A program made the position numbers and the translations under genes. A stretch of DNA of 61,436 nucleotides, from UHGV virus genome UHGV-0213688, one strand, 5' to 3'. Below, piece after piece: positions 1-10,846 of this stretch. This DNA comes from a virus. The notes beneath the pieces were generated by a model. The model was given only the letters and a program-made list of their open reading frames with translations, did not search any database and was not told the origin of the DNA. The stretch's first letter is position 1; each line of letters begins with the position of its first letter.

Positions 1-54
1 TTGCTTACCTCTTATGCCCATTTACGTACACAAGGATTCTTAATAATAAATTGT

Positions 55-279
55 TCAAGATCTGACAAGTCCACATTGTCCCCCTATTATTCTTATGTTT
101 ATATAATAACCCTCTTTACCAATGACAACTGGAGTCTTACTTTTCGGGTCATCTACTATGAGGACAAAACCAATTTCATCTACAAACACTTTACCGTAGT
201 TTGTCTTAAGCCACTCACTATTAATGACAACATCCCGATAATGTTTTTCGTCTTTAAATTGTAAATTAATATCTTTCAT
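55..279 (-). CDS. hypothetical small protein (74 aa) directly downstream of tail fibre gene
   Basis: ATG at 279-277 two nt after the tail-fibre stop; GGGAG about 10 nt upstream; same strand as structural operon. Confidence 0.4.
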   Translation of the reverse strand: MKDINLQFKDEKHYRDVVINSEWLKTNYGKVFVDEIGFVLIVDDPKSKTPVVIGKEGYYINIRIIGGQCGLVRS

Positions 280-280
280 T

Positions 281-2386
281 TTAAACTTTCTCCCTCATTT
301 GACTATCCGTTAATACTCGATTCCATATTCTAAGGTTACGAATATGACCATACAATTTAGTGGAATCTGAAAGTCTTCCACCTATTTCTACTAGCGAGTC
401 CGAGTCCGTTCCTTTCCATGTAAAACCGTGTGAGGTCCCCCCCTTATTCCCATTAACAAATGAGGTGACATCTCCATTACCACTAAAAATAAAACCAAAT
501 ACATGTGAAGAAAATTGTTTTTCAAATGAATAACCCCTGGACAATATAGATGATCCATCCTCATTTACCACATACACATAAGGTGTAACGGAGGTTCTGT
601 CAAATTCCGCAACAAATGCTTTTCCTCTTACGTAGTATTGGTTATTATCCATTATCATTGGGTATGTATTCTCTAATTGAAAGCTATCCCAGTTAACGCT
701 CACTTCAGCAAGGAATGAAATATTTGTCCCTGAGAAATTATTTCTTGCAGGTATAGTAACATAATCCACAGCCCTTGTTGCAGGAGTGCTTCCCGTAATA
801 ATGAAGGAGGATGCACAAAAACCCTTTTCAAATTGCGGAGTACAAAATGATATTGTATCCCCAACTTGCAAGTTATCCCCGTTAGAGCCGTGAGCATAGT
901 TAATACTCCCAATCATGGCACCTGCACTATCAGAAAATTTACATGTTATTTCAACTTTCAGCCATCCATTATCTTCTTTGATGATTCTGTGTGTTACAGT
1001 TCCTCTAGCTCCTAGTGTATATGTCACCTCCCCTGTGTCGCATGACACTATAGATCTTGCAACAAGAATAAGGGCATTATCTTCCCCTAACGCATAGAAT
1101 TGAGGAATTATGGAAATATTAGTTGCTTTCACTCTAATAGATAAGGTTGCGTATTCGTTCTGTTCACAATATATGTTGTTATTGTATTCGCAATAAAATA
1201 GTGATGGTGTATCACCTTGACCGTTTTCATTTGCGGTTGCGGTAGTATATGTAAATCCATATTTATCAACGCCGTAGGTAACGTCGCTACGATACTTATC
1301 ACTATTCAATGAAGATGGGTCATTGCTGTAAGTTATGTGGTTTGTCCTCTGCCCTTCAATTAAGAGTCCTTGCTTTTCAAATCTAGGTTCATCTATACCG
1401 GCAATACAAAACTCACCGTGCTTATTTATGTATGTTGCATTTGATGCACGCGAGAAGCTAACAACCTTATCAGAAGGCATTGTAATAACATCTTCACCAA
1501 CTGTTATTTTCTTATAGCCTGGCGAGTAACCTGCAAGCATATCAAGCGAGTCATTAAATGGGATCCACACGTCAGGGAAAGGTTGAAGATCCGGAGCCCT
1601 GTTAGCTGCAACTTCCGCACGGTCTGCTTCTACCTTTGCACGATCCGCGTCGTTTTTAGCTGCGGTTGCGCTTGTACCTGCGTTGCTTGCTTGTTTTCCA
1701 GCTTCGGTGGCGCTATTGCTTGCTTGTGTAGCAGACGCGGCAGCGGCGTCTTTTAGCGCGGTAGTTTCCGTTACTGCACTGTCCTTAATACCCTGTGTGT
1801 CTGCTTTTAACTGCTCAACGTCAGATTTTAGACCTTGAATTGTGGTCACAGCTTGTGATGCAGTATTAGCGGAACCAGCAGCGCCAGCCTGTGCTTGTTT
1901 AGCAGCGTCTTCGCTAGCTTTAGCATCATTTTTATAGACAAGTGCATCCGAAGCAGATTGAGCAGCCGAAGCCTTACTATTGCGAGCGTCCGTAGCATCT
2001 GCGTTTGCCGCCGCAGCAGAGCGACCAGCTTGCAAAGCATATTCTTCAGAGTTAGCTACAAGTTGTTGGACTTGTTTAATAACGTCCGGAGTTAATTCTT
2101 CTGGTGCCCAGTTAATTAAATAACCGTTCAGCGAACCTTCAGGGCTGTCGGAATAAATGACGATCTCACCAGCTTTATAAGGCTCAAGACCCTGCGGCCC
2201 AATGATTACTTTGTAATGCCCCGCTTGTACAGTTACATTATAAGCACCTTCTCCATCTGTACGAAATACAGCCTCGCTACCATTAAGAACGGTAATTGTG
2301 TTCCCTTTTGCTAAAAGAGCAACGGTAGCGTTAACAATCGGTTTATTTAAACCATCTGTCAAAATACCATATAAACGAGTTGCCAT
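281..2386 (-). CDS. tail fibre protein (Ala-rich coiled-coil shaft, C-terminal receptor-binding region)
   Basis: ORF 281..2416; preferred start is ATG at 2386 (MATRLYG) preceded by AAGAGG; long Ala/Gln/Ser-rich shaft then Gly/Asn/Tyr-rich C-terminus typical of phage fibres. Confidence 0.7.
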   Translation of the reverse strand: MATRLYGILTDGLNKPIVNATVALLAKGNTITVLNGSEAVFRTDGEGAYNVTVQAGHYKVIIGPQGLEPYKAGEIVIYSDSPEGSLNGYLINWAPEELTPDVIKQVQQLVANSEEYALQAGRSAAAANADATDARNSKASAAQSASDALVYKNDAKASEDAAKQAQAGAAGSANTASQAVTTIQGLKSDVEQLKADTQGIKDSAVTETTALKDAAAASATQASNSATEAGKQASNAGTSATAAKNDADRAKVEADRAEVAANRAPDLQPFPDVWIPFNDSLDMLAGYSPGYKKITVGEDVITMPSDKVVSFSRASNATYINKHGEFCIAGIDEPRFEKQGLLIEGQRTNHITYSNDPSSLNSDKYRSDVTYGVDKYGFTYTTATANENGQGDTPSLFYCEYNNNIYCEQNEYATLSIRVKATNISIIPQFYALGEDNALILVARSIVSCDTGEVTYTLGARGTVTHRIIKEDNGWLKVEITCKFSDSAGAMIGSINYAHGSNGDNLQVGDTISFCTPQFEKGFCASSFIITGSTPATRAVDYVTIPARNNFSGTNISFLAEVSVNWDSFQLENTYPMIMDNNQYYVRGKAFVAEFDRTSVTPYVYVVNEDGSSILSRGYSFEKQFSSHVFGFIFSGNGDVTSFVNGNKGGTSHGFTWKGTDSDSLVEIGGRLSDSTKLYGHIRNLRIWNRVLTDSQMREKV

Positions 2387-2510
2387 TTTTACCTCTTGTT
2401 TCGCAGAGTTGATCAATTAATGGATGCACTATGGCATACAAATATGGTAAATTAAATTAGAATATAAAACAATATTGTCTATCATCTTTAACCACATTGT
2501 TGGAGTAATT

Positions 2511-3476
2511 ATGCCAGAGGGTATTTATATAAACTACAATGACGGCAGACCTGCAATGCAGATAACAGCAGGATTACGCGCCCCGTCTTTTTGCGCCAAC
2601 TTCAATCAACGCTGTCAATCCGATAAAACTCTAACCATCAATACACCTTTAACGCCGGGATCGCAGCTTATCGTTGTTATGACTAACCCCGTTGAAGTAT
2701 TAGAAGTATTTGATCAGACGCTAGTTATCCCTGATCCAATGTATGTAACGTCTGTAACTCGAAACGGTGACGGTGGGGTGACGTTGCGAGGCGCGGATGG
2801 ACTTAGCGCTTATAGTGGATTGCCGCAATGGGCAGGGGTAATTATGGAAGTGTTACCTGTAGGAACGCGAAACGAGGGTCTATTTGTAGCTAACTCCACG
2901 GACTTCACAGCAATATCCAACGCAGCCTTTCTCATGACTTGTCAGTATTCCCAGTACGTGTGGGTTAACGGCAGTATGCCATTGCCCGTGGGGGGTATTC
3001 CGTTTGCTCGCTGGAACGACCCTAACGTGTCAGTAGGTTTTGATGGTTCAAATATTATTGTGCGAAATGCAGCGTATGGCGGAATTGATGATGTATCCGC
3101 TTCGGTTGGCATGGAGTTGGTAATATTTAATAACACGCCCCCACAGCCTGGTGAGGGTATCACCATGACGAACAACGCCGGACAGGTAACGTTCTCCACT
3201 GTTAAGAAGCCGTTTGTATTCAACGGGACAGTGAACCTTAGCGCTGGTTGGCAGAATATTGGAAATAGCTTGATACAGCTTTCGTACACGGGTACGCTTA
3301 TTGAAAACAATAGCGGTTATAATCATATACGCATGAACGGGATCCGCATGGCGGATAATGTGGTAGGTGCTGCAAGAAACCGCGTGGTAGGTAACTACTC
3401 ACGTCAACAATTCCAGTTGCCTGGTCGCAACGTTGTCATCCCAACACCCCTTATAGTCATACCAAATATGTATTAA
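2511..3476 (+). CDS. hypothetical protein, divergently oriented inside tail module
   Basis: ORF 2475..3476; preferred ATG 2511 (MPEGIY) with GGAG 6 nt upstream; followed by bidirectional terminator. Confidence 0.55.
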   Translation: MPEGIYINYNDGRPAMQITAGLRAPSFCANFNQRCQSDKTLTINTPLTPGSQLIVVMTNPVEVLEVFDQTLVIPDPMYVTSVTRNGDGGVTLRGADGLSAYSGLPQWAGVIMEVLPVGTRNEGLFVANSTDFTAISNAAFLMTCQYSQYVWVNGSMPLPVGGIPFARWNDPNVSVGFDGSNIIVRNAAYGGIDDVSASVGMELVIFNNTPPQPGEGITMTNNAGQVTFSTVKKPFVFNGTVNLSAGWQNIGNSLIQLSYTGTLIENNSGYNHIRMNGIRMADNVVGAARNRVVGNYSRQQFQLPGRNVVIPTPLIVIPNMY

Positions 3477-3477
3477 T

Positions 3478-3500
3478 AAACGGGGCGCATGCCCCGTTTA
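3478..3500. terminator. bidirectional rho-independent terminator between convergent genes
   Basis: palindrome AAACGGGGC-GCAT-GCCCCGTTT flanked by A/T runs on both sides. Confidence 0.6.
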
Positions 3501-3509
3501 AACATTTAA

Positions 3510-6161
3510 TTACCAGCGCCCTACTATGACAACACCACCGCCAGATAACGGAACACGAATTCCATTACTATCAATCGTAATACCTCCATTTCCGGTGAAG
3601 CCAAATTGTCCAGCATTAGCAACGATGGTCCCTCTTGCAATTATGTTATTCACATGGAAATATCCGTCTTTAGTAATTGCCCAGCCTTGATCATTACCAT
3701 TCCAGTTATAGGATTGAATAATATTACCTATCTTGGCATTGGTAATTGAGCCGTTCTCAATAAAAGCTTCTTGTAAGAAACTTTGACCGTTTTTAATAGC
3801 AAAAGCAAGCTGTGCTGCTCCCGCTACAGGGTTATAAATAGCGAAGTTGTCCGCACTCACCATGAAGTAAGACTGGAATTGTCCTCCGCTACCTTCGATA
3901 CCTAACTGCATACCTGCAACATATTTGTTACCATTATTGTCAATCTGAACTTTTTGACCCCATTGAGCGGAAAGTTTTCCGTTAAGGTCCGCTAGTGCTT
4001 GTGACTGTCCTTGCACGGTGGCAACAACATTACCCACACTTGTCTGAACAGAATCTATCTTGGAAGCTTGACCTTCTACCACTTTGGATAATTCTGTTAC
4101 ACCGTCATCAACCTTTTGCACAGTCTCCATGAGGTTTTTGAAAGTCTCAGTTTCTTGAAACTCTTTATCCATGATTTCTATAATCTGTGCGGTTTCTGCC
4201 CATACACGAGCTTCAACTTCCACAAACGCGGACGAGCCAAAGGCGTTGATAGTTCTTATATACCAGTAATAAGTGTGGTCATTGAGTAAGTTATTTTTCT
4301 GCCATATAGTTCCCATACCTTCACGGGTAGCATCACGCTCAACAACATCTGTATTAGCAGATGCCAGTTTTGTTTCACCAGACGTCCAGAAATCAAATTG
4401 CGTGCTAACACTAGTCAGCTCTGCAATCTTTGGTATAAGAGTTAAAGAAAAATAACCGTTCTGTATCTCGACAGATGAAGGCGGCGGTGGAGCTTGAATA
4501 TTAAACTCCAGATAAGCTTCCGGTGATATTGCACCGCTGTGAGATACAGCTTGAACGTGCGCAGTATAGGCCCCACGAAGCAGCCCAGTAACACGAACGC
4601 TTTGGCCAGGGACTTGTGCGGTCCAAATAGTAACGCCTCCCTGTCGCACAGCTACGCGGTTATATGCGACTTGCCCCATGTTTGTCCAGGATAATACCCC
4701 CTGTACCACATCACTGATTTGCAATATCTGGTATTGAAGATTTTGAGGTTGAGCAACACCACCACTTGGCAAGTCTACAAGATCCGGTCTGTCCATAGGT
4801 TTACCAATTGCATCGTCCCACATTTCCAGGAAATCTTGACGTAATGTAAGGTTAACACCACCTTTAGGGTTAAAAGACCATTTGGTAACGCGCATTTCAA
4901 CATTCTTCATGCCAATCTGCGTAATGGTAACTTTTACATACATTCCTGGACGGAACTTATAACCCTTCATGTTACAAGGGATTTCAATTGTACGTCCAAC
5001 ACGTTTACGACGTAGAATAATATTAGACAAACGTTGTGCCTGATATTCACTAGTTACAAAACGAAAATCCATGTCCTGAGTTATTTCCCCGCCATCCTTT
5101 TCCACCCATTCCTTAACCACAACTGGGGGGAAGTCTGCTTCAACGTAGTTCTGCTTCGGATCAATAAATGTCCCTGTGATGGTGTTTGTGCGCTCCTTAT
5201 AAGAAGTCTCTGGAACAATCTTAATATCCCCAGCAATACAACTTTCGTCCAGCGTCATTGTTGCTGGACCGTAATATGCGCCAACCAGAAGACCGTGTTT
5301 ACCCGCCACATACGTTAGCTCGCCACCACAAGCTTGCAACATAGCATCCAGAATTTTGGAGGGGGCTTCATCTACTTCAAATTCACCGTTAATTTTATAA
5401 CGGCGCTCTGTAGAACCATCAGCGTTATTGACGTATTCATCACAGATGTTAGCAGCTTCTTTGAACTGGTCCCAGTTAATATCTTCATCTTTTCGCTTTA
5501 AATACGTGCGGAAGTAATCAAGTATTACTAAAGCTGCATTATCGCTAAATATGGTATAGCCAGAACGAGGATCATATACACGGCGTCCTCTTTTAAGAAG
5601 CTTAATGTTTGGCAAACCAGAAGGGAATTTTTCTGCATTAAATTTAAAGCTAATGCGAAGCCATGCAATCCCTTTCCCAATCATATCCTCTTTCCAGGAA
5701 GGGCAATTGCTTAACATGAATGGATCTACAGTCTGACGGTCGTTATGAAATTCCCAAGTAACATACTGTTCGAAAGTCTGTACAAGATCATCCCCAAGCC
5801 AAATATCACCAATCCCCTCCAATGGATGTGAAGCTACAACAAGCGCCATATGCAGGAGTTCGTCTTCGTCTTGATCACCAGGCTGCTCCTCGGCAAACGT
5901 CATAACACCGGAAGCAACCGTTGTCCCGTATACTACTGTTCGGGACGCTGCGGCTGCTCGTAAAACCTGCTTACGCTCTTGTTGACCTTTATAAGCATTA
6001 AAGTTCATATTAGGTGTCTTAGTTAAAAGAGCACCTGCCGCAGTTGCAGCCATACCAATAGCCAAAGCTACGCCCGTAGCAATCCACCCCGCCGCAGCGG
6101 CAGCGGAAGCACCTAAAGCTATTGCTGCTCCAATTATTGCTGGTGGCATTAGACCCTCCAA
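3510..6161 (-). CDS. tail tip / host-specificity protein (central fibre, J-like)
   Basis: 883 aa; last gene of the tape-measure-distal tail set; hydrophobic Ala/Gly-rich N-terminus, repeated beta-rich C-terminal region; 13-nt overlap with upstream gene. Confidence 0.65.
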   Translation of the reverse strand: MEGLMPPAIIGAAIALGASAAAAAGWIATGVALAIGMAATAAGALLTKTPNMNFNAYKGQQERKQVLRAAAASRTVVYGTTVASGVMTFAEEQPGDQDEDELLHMALVVASHPLEGIGDIWLGDDLVQTFEQYVTWEFHNDRQTVDPFMLSNCPSWKEDMIGKGIAWLRISFKFNAEKFPSGLPNIKLLKRGRRVYDPRSGYTIFSDNAALVILDYFRTYLKRKDEDINWDQFKEAANICDEYVNNADGSTERRYKINGEFEVDEAPSKILDAMLQACGGELTYVAGKHGLLVGAYYGPATMTLDESCIAGDIKIVPETSYKERTNTITGTFIDPKQNYVEADFPPVVVKEWVEKDGGEITQDMDFRFVTSEYQAQRLSNIILRRKRVGRTIEIPCNMKGYKFRPGMYVKVTITQIGMKNVEMRVTKWSFNPKGGVNLTLRQDFLEMWDDAIGKPMDRPDLVDLPSGGVAQPQNLQYQILQISDVVQGVLSWTNMGQVAYNRVAVRQGGVTIWTAQVPGQSVRVTGLLRGAYTAHVQAVSHSGAISPEAYLEFNIQAPPPPSSVEIQNGYFSLTLIPKIAELTSVSTQFDFWTSGETKLASANTDVVERDATREGMGTIWQKNNLLNDHTYYWYIRTINAFGSSAFVEVEARVWAETAQIIEIMDKEFQETETFKNLMETVQKVDDGVTELSKVVEGQASKIDSVQTSVGNVVATVQGQSQALADLNGKLSAQWGQKVQIDNNGNKYVAGMQLGIEGSGGQFQSYFMVSADNFAIYNPVAGAAQLAFAIKNGQSFLQEAFIENGSITNAKIGNIIQSYNWNGNDQGWAITKDGYFHVNNIIARGTIVANAGQFGFTGNGGITIDSNGIRVPLSGGGVVIVGRW

Positions 6162-6583
6162 ATATCCGTGATTTTGATCTTATTAAGCGGGAATGTTTCC
6201 ACACCGTCCGGGCCCATAGCCCATACATATCCCGTCCATAATATGCCAGCAGTTAAGCCCAATGCTCCCTCAAATGTAACCACATCTCCTCTTTGTGCAA
6301 AGTTCTTATCAACACGCTCACTCAGGTAAGCATCCAGCAAGGTTGGAAGATAAGCTGTTCCGACTTTTTCAATTGAAAATCGCTTGCTTCCAAGCTCTGT
6401 GCTATATTTACCTGCTATCTGATTATAAATATTTGTGTTGTATTGTGCATCAACACATTTAGCGGCAAACGTACAGCAATCGTTTTCGCCCCAAGAAAAA
6501 GGAGTCGATGCTAACTCCTTTACTGTGGTTAATAAACGTGTCTGCCATCCTGGCATTTTACTCATACGTGAATCCTGGCGCAT
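6149..6583 (-). CDS. tail assembly protein, NlpC/P60-like (K-like)
   Basis: ORF 6149..6733 overlaps upstream gene in another frame; preferred ATG 6583 (MRQDSR) with GGGGAG upstream; ENDCCTF Cys motif suggests a papain-like/NlpC fold. Confidence 0.5.
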   Translation of the reverse strand: MRQDSRMSKMPGWQTRLLTTVKELASTPFSWGENDCCTFAAKCVDAQYNTNIYNQIAGKYSTELGSKRFSIEKVGTAYLPTLLDAYLSERVDKNFAQRGDVVTFEGALGLTAGILWTGYVWAMGPDGVETFPLNKIKITDIWRV

Positions 6584-7142
6584 CTTTTTTACTCCCCCAA
6601 AAGATTGAACGTTCAGCCATTTGCGCAACATATCTAAAGAACCGATCACCCGGATGTAAACGTTGCTGACTTTCATCCGTATAGCGATCCGGTAAACCCT
6701 GCGACCAACGCTCAAAGACATTGGCAATAACATAACTCAACGCATTCTGTTGCCCTGCTTGTAAAGCAGTGTCTGTGATAAACCCTTCAAATAATACGTT
6801 TGCACCAGTGACAACGCCTTGATCGTTCATAACCGCAAGATAGCAAATAACATTGCGGCCAATAACTTCTTCGTTTAACGTTTCTCCTACAAGACTCATA
6901 TCCAGACCGCTAAGTGCCATGGACATAGTGCTTGAGCTTGTGCTGTTTTCTTCTGTAACCGATCCAACATCCCCTAGAGTGCCTACACCAAGAAAAGTCT
7001 GACCATTGATAATAACAGTTCCTGTTCCAGTATGAACGCGGGTTATACCGGAAGGGAAGTCTATTTCCGCTGCCAACACTAGCGCAACGTTTGGTTGCTC
7101 CATTGCGCTAAGAAGGCTGTCGCTAAACGGACTGAATAACAT
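6558..7142 (-). CDS. minor tail protein
   Basis: 194 aa; position between distal tail protein and NlpC-like gene; start codon overlaps upstream stop. Confidence 0.5.
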   Translation of the reverse strand: MLFSPFSDSLLSAMEQPNVALVLAAEIDFPSGITRVHTGTGTVIINGQTFLGVGTLGDVGSVTEENSTSSSTMSMALSGLDMSLVGETLNEEVIGRNVICYLAVMNDQGVVTGANVLFEGFITDTALQAGQQNALSYVIANVFERWSQGLPDRYTDESQQRLHPGDRFFRYVAQMAERSIFWGSKKDAPGFTYE

Positions 7143-7726
7143 TAAAATGCCTCCGAGAATTTTAAAGTAAAGGAGTTATTAAAAGCAGGCTGACGTTTAA
7201 CTCCATTTGTGTTTTCGGCTAAACGGAAAGATCCTTGTGGTTTCTGAGTTTCAATCTTTGCACCGTTTGGAGGGATGCTTCTTAACATCGGGGCAATATT
7301 TAAAATCACGTTACCAGAAGAATCACTCCAAGCATCTTCTGTTATTAATTTTAATTCATTGTTCACTGCGATGTAGTCCCCTTCCCATAATACCTTACGG
7401 TCAGGAGTCCAGCCCTTAGTTGACAAAGTTGTCCCAGTGTTATTTGCCCCATTAACCACAGGTGATCCCATTGGAGGTCGACCCCAGCGACCAAAATCCT
7501 GAAGCATAATCCGACCAGCTTTACCATCAAGTTTGGCTAACGTTGATTCAAGCTTTCTAGACTGCCAATCATTTAAATTGCTGAATGTTAGCGTAGCTTC
7601 CCATCGCGATCCAGGATAGGACACAGTTTGGGAAGCCCCATTGAAGGGGCTTGTAAATTCTACAGCGTTTGAGACTAGATACCATTCCATTTCCGATGGT
7701 CTAAGCTCTTCGGGCCAAGTGAGCAT
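7142..7726 (-). CDS. minor tail protein (distal tail, directly after tape measure)
   Basis: 194 aa; starts 4 nt after tape-measure stop. Confidence 0.5.
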   Translation of the reverse strand: MLTWPEELRPSEMEWYLVSNAVEFTSPFNGASQTVSYPGSRWEATLTFSNLNDWQSRKLESTLAKLDGKAGRIMLQDFGRWGRPPMGSPVVNGANNTGTTLSTKGWTPDRKVLWEGDYIAVNNELKLITEDAWSDSSGNVILNIAPMLRSIPPNGAKIETQKPQGSFRLAENTNGVKRQPAFNNSFTLKFSEAF

Positions 7727-7729
7727 ATA

Positions 7730-10700
7730 TTACCCCATTGCAGTTCTACGAATTGTTCCTCGGGATGCAAAGTCAGTAAGAACTTTATTATATCCCTGCT
7801 CCGCACCATCACGAGCTGCTTGCTGCATGGCTTGCGTGAGCGCAGCATCGCCATTTCCTTGCACCGTGATATACTGAACAATGCTAACACCACCGGACAT
7901 ATTCACGCCACCTTGTTGTGAAGCTTGACTATCCAGGAAGCGGTTTAACTTGTCATTAGACGGGGCATTAAGTACACGTTCACCTTTATCCAATAACCAT
8001 GTACCTTCGCGCGGAACATTATCAATACCGTCATGCGCCATACCAGCGATTGCTAAGCCACCCACAGTAGCAGCAGACGCATAACCCATAGCTTTCACTA
8101 TACCAGCCATAGCTGCGCCCATTGTAGCACCGCCTTGCTGTGTACCCCACGCAAGCGCCGCTGATGCCGCTGTCTCCGTGTTAGCAAGGATTGATGGAAT
8201 TTGCATTGCTTTCTGTGCGGCAAACATTGCCTTATAAATAAAGTTCTGTTTACTAACACCTTCTTCCAGCCCTGACAGTATAATACCCAACGATTCCTGA
8301 GAAAAGGATATCATTCTGTTCATAAGAACTTTATCCAGGTTTTCCCTTTCCATACTTGCTTTCTTCAGGACTTGTGTTTTAGCATCTTCGTAAAGCTGAT
8401 AGTAAGCTAGATCATCGGCTCGTTGTTTTGCATTAAGCTCTGCAATCTTTGTATTTTGCTCGTACGCGATTTTTTCATAGTCCGTCATACCTTCATCTAA
8501 CAGACCCTGAGCAAACTTACGATTCTTCTTACGCTCGTCCAGTTTCTTTTGAGCTTCTTCTGCATCGTAAATTGCAGCAGCAAGACTAACAACTTCTGCT
8601 TTTTCCGCAGCAGTTGCAGACGCATTGAGCTTATTGAGGGCGACAGCTTGGGCTTTCGCTTTGGCGTTTTCCTTAACCCCTGTGGTTACTTCGTTAAGCT
8701 TGTTTCGTAAATCGTCAATAACCTTGGCGTTTTGTTGATCCGCCTTAATAGCGTCTTTTGTAGCTTTAGTCCTGTTTCTCTCTGCTTCTTCAAGATCGTA
8801 GTTTTTGCCAAGGGCTTGGGCTAAATCTTGAGCATACTTAACAAGCTCTTTAGCGGATTCGCTTGTTGCCTCTGAGCTAACGTCCTGACCCATAGCTACT
8901 TTGCGAATAAGACTTCCGTATGTATCCGCATCCTTGCCCAGCGTCTGATACAGTCCCCTAAGGATTGCAGCTTGGCGAGCATTGCCAGCACCTTTAACCG
9001 TGTTAACATCAATCTCACGGTTAACGTCCCCGAGTTGGCCTTTAAAGCGATCCAATACTTTTTCGTCAATTAGCGGACCGGATTTAATGTTAAGGACAGC
9101 CTTCATATCCGCAGCAAGCTGACGCGCTAGAGGGATTATTTTCTCTATAGCGGGGCTTGTCATTTCAAGTACATTGTTATATCGACGTTGTGCGTCTTCC
9201 GCGCGTTCAGCGGCTAGCTTGACGTTATCCGTAGCAATCTGTAAGTTCTTTTCTGCACTAGCAGTATCTCGACCGGATGCAGCTCGACGCTTCAATTGTG
9301 CTTCATAGAACTTCTGCGTTTCCGTTGCAGATTTTAGAGCGGTCTGTTCCCGCTTCATTTGCTCTTCAAGTTCAGGAAGAATTGCTCTAGCTTTGACCGC
9401 GTTAGCTGCCAACTGAGCTTCTGTCATTTGCATCAGTTTTTCGCGTACACTGTCAACACTATCCGCAAACTGATTGTTTTCCGCACGACCTGCTTCCAGC
9501 GACGCTTTATAGGAGTAAATTGCACCCGCTGCCAGCATTGCTACACCAACAGGACCGCCAATTAACCCCATAGCACCGCGCAGCACGCTCATTGCTGTAG
9601 CTGCCCGGCTTGCTGCTGGTACAGTTGCATTAAGAGCAGCATTGAGCGCTTGCCGCGCTTGTACGTCCGCCATAATTGCCGCAGAGTGAGCACGGGTAGC
9701 ATTGATAAGCGCAAGACGAGCACCCGCTTCCGCTGCCGTACCCTTAGCAACCGCTAACGCACCGCGTGCAACCTGCAAAGATGCAAGGGAAGCAGCACGG
9801 TCCGCAGCCGCTTTTTGTGCAGTAACGCCAATGGAGCTTTGCATCACCGCCGTAGTTGCCGCAGTTTGTGCAGCTTCCATCTGAGATGCTTTTGCAGCAG
9901 CTATAGACGCTTTAGTCTTAGCAAGCATTGCCGTAATGATACGGGCGGTGATTACTGTGGCTAAAGCTGAACCAACCGTTACAACCGTTCCTAAGTTTTC
10001 GGATAATGCAACAAACGTCTGTCCCAATGCAGCAACAGCACCTTGAGTCTTTTGGGATTCGCCCATAAACTTAGTCAGGTTGTTTGTTGCAACTGTCCAT
10101 TGCTGGTTGAACGTTGGCATAGTGCGGCTGAATTCTTTATCAATTGTATCCGCGGCACCAGACAACGATTTGATAACCACATCTGCGGTTAACTTACCGC
10201 TGTAGGCCAGTTCACGCAATTGTCCAATGGTAACGCCTAACGAATCGGACATGATTTGAGTTAAGCGCGGAGCTTGTTCTGCAACAGAGCGGAATTCATC
10301 CCCACGCAGAACACCGGATGCCATTGCTTGCGAAAACTGAATAAGGGCAGCACTTGCTTCATGGGATGTTGCACCGGAAACAATCATTGCTTTGTTAATT
10401 GTTTCGGTAATGCGTCCAAGCTCCATCCCTGTCATACCAGTATTCTTCATCGCACGCTGGAGACGGGAGTACAGAGTTGCAGTCGCTTCTAAGCTTGTAC
10501 GAGAACGCTGGGCAATATCAAACACGCGTTGCTGCGCATCTGCAACGGTTTCATTACCCGTACGAGCCAGTTCAAGTTTGTTGGTGAGGATAGTCCAGGA
10601 GTCCGATAGCGAAATAACACGGCTAATAGTGTCAACGCTAATCATTCCTACAATTGCAGCATCCAAACGACTTGTGACAGTTGCAAGTTCGTTAGATGTG

Positions 10701-10846
10701 TTAGACAATGTTTTATAGCTGGAGGTAACACGTTGAGCAGACCGCTCCGCTGTGTCACCTGTACGCGCTAAGTTCCGCAACATAGAGTCCGCGGTAGTAA
10801 TCCCTCTCGCGTCAACTCTGATTACTAGCGAAGCGGTTTCGGCCAT
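7730..10846 (-). CDS. tail tape measure protein
   Basis: 1038 aa, Ala-rich, long predicted helical/coiled-coil stretches; AAGGAG before ATG; preceded by chaperone with frameshift. Confidence 0.85.
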   Translation of the reverse strand: MAETASLVIRVDARGITTADSMLRNLARTGDTAERSAQRVTSSYKTLSNTSNELATVTSRLDAAIVGMISVDTISRVISLSDSWTILTNKLELARTGNETVADAQQRVFDIAQRSRTSLEATATLYSRLQRAMKNTGMTGMELGRITETINKAMIVSGATSHEASAALIQFSQAMASGVLRGDEFRSVAEQAPRLTQIMSDSLGVTIGQLRELAYSGKLTADVVIKSLSGAADTIDKEFSRTMPTFNQQWTVATNNLTKFMGESQKTQGAVAALGQTFVALSENLGTVVTVGSALATVITARIITAMLAKTKASIAAAKASQMEAAQTAATTAVMQSSIGVTAQKAAADRAASLASLQVARGALAVAKGTAAEAGARLALINATRAHSAAIMADVQARQALNAALNATVPAASRAATAMSVLRGAMGLIGGPVGVAMLAAGAIYSYKASLEAGRAENNQFADSVDSVREKLMQMTEAQLAANAVKARAILPELEEQMKREQTALKSATETQKFYEAQLKRRAASGRDTASAEKNLQIATDNVKLAAERAEDAQRRYNNVLEMTSPAIEKIIPLARQLAADMKAVLNIKSGPLIDEKVLDRFKGQLGDVNREIDVNTVKGAGNARQAAILRGLYQTLGKDADTYGSLIRKVAMGQDVSSEATSESAKELVKYAQDLAQALGKNYDLEEAERNRTKATKDAIKADQQNAKVIDDLRNKLNEVTTGVKENAKAKAQAVALNKLNASATAAEKAEVVSLAAAIYDAEEAQKKLDERKKNRKFAQGLLDEGMTDYEKIAYEQNTKIAELNAKQRADDLAYYQLYEDAKTQVLKKASMERENLDKVLMNRMISFSQESLGIILSGLEEGVSKQNFIYKAMFAAQKAMQIPSILANTETAASAALAWGTQQGGATMGAAMAGIVKAMGYASAATVGGLAIAGMAHDGIDNVPREGTWLLDKGERVLNAPSNDKLNRFLDSQASQQGGVNMSGGVSIVQYITVQGNGDAALTQAMQQAARDGAEQGYNKVLTDFASRGTIRRTAMG

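Noticed and set aside
1-264. Plus-strand ORF at the window edge (87 aa)
   Set aside because: Begins at the first base with a TTG, is antisense to the more plausible minus-strand gene 55..279, and has no RBS. Treated as an edge artefact.
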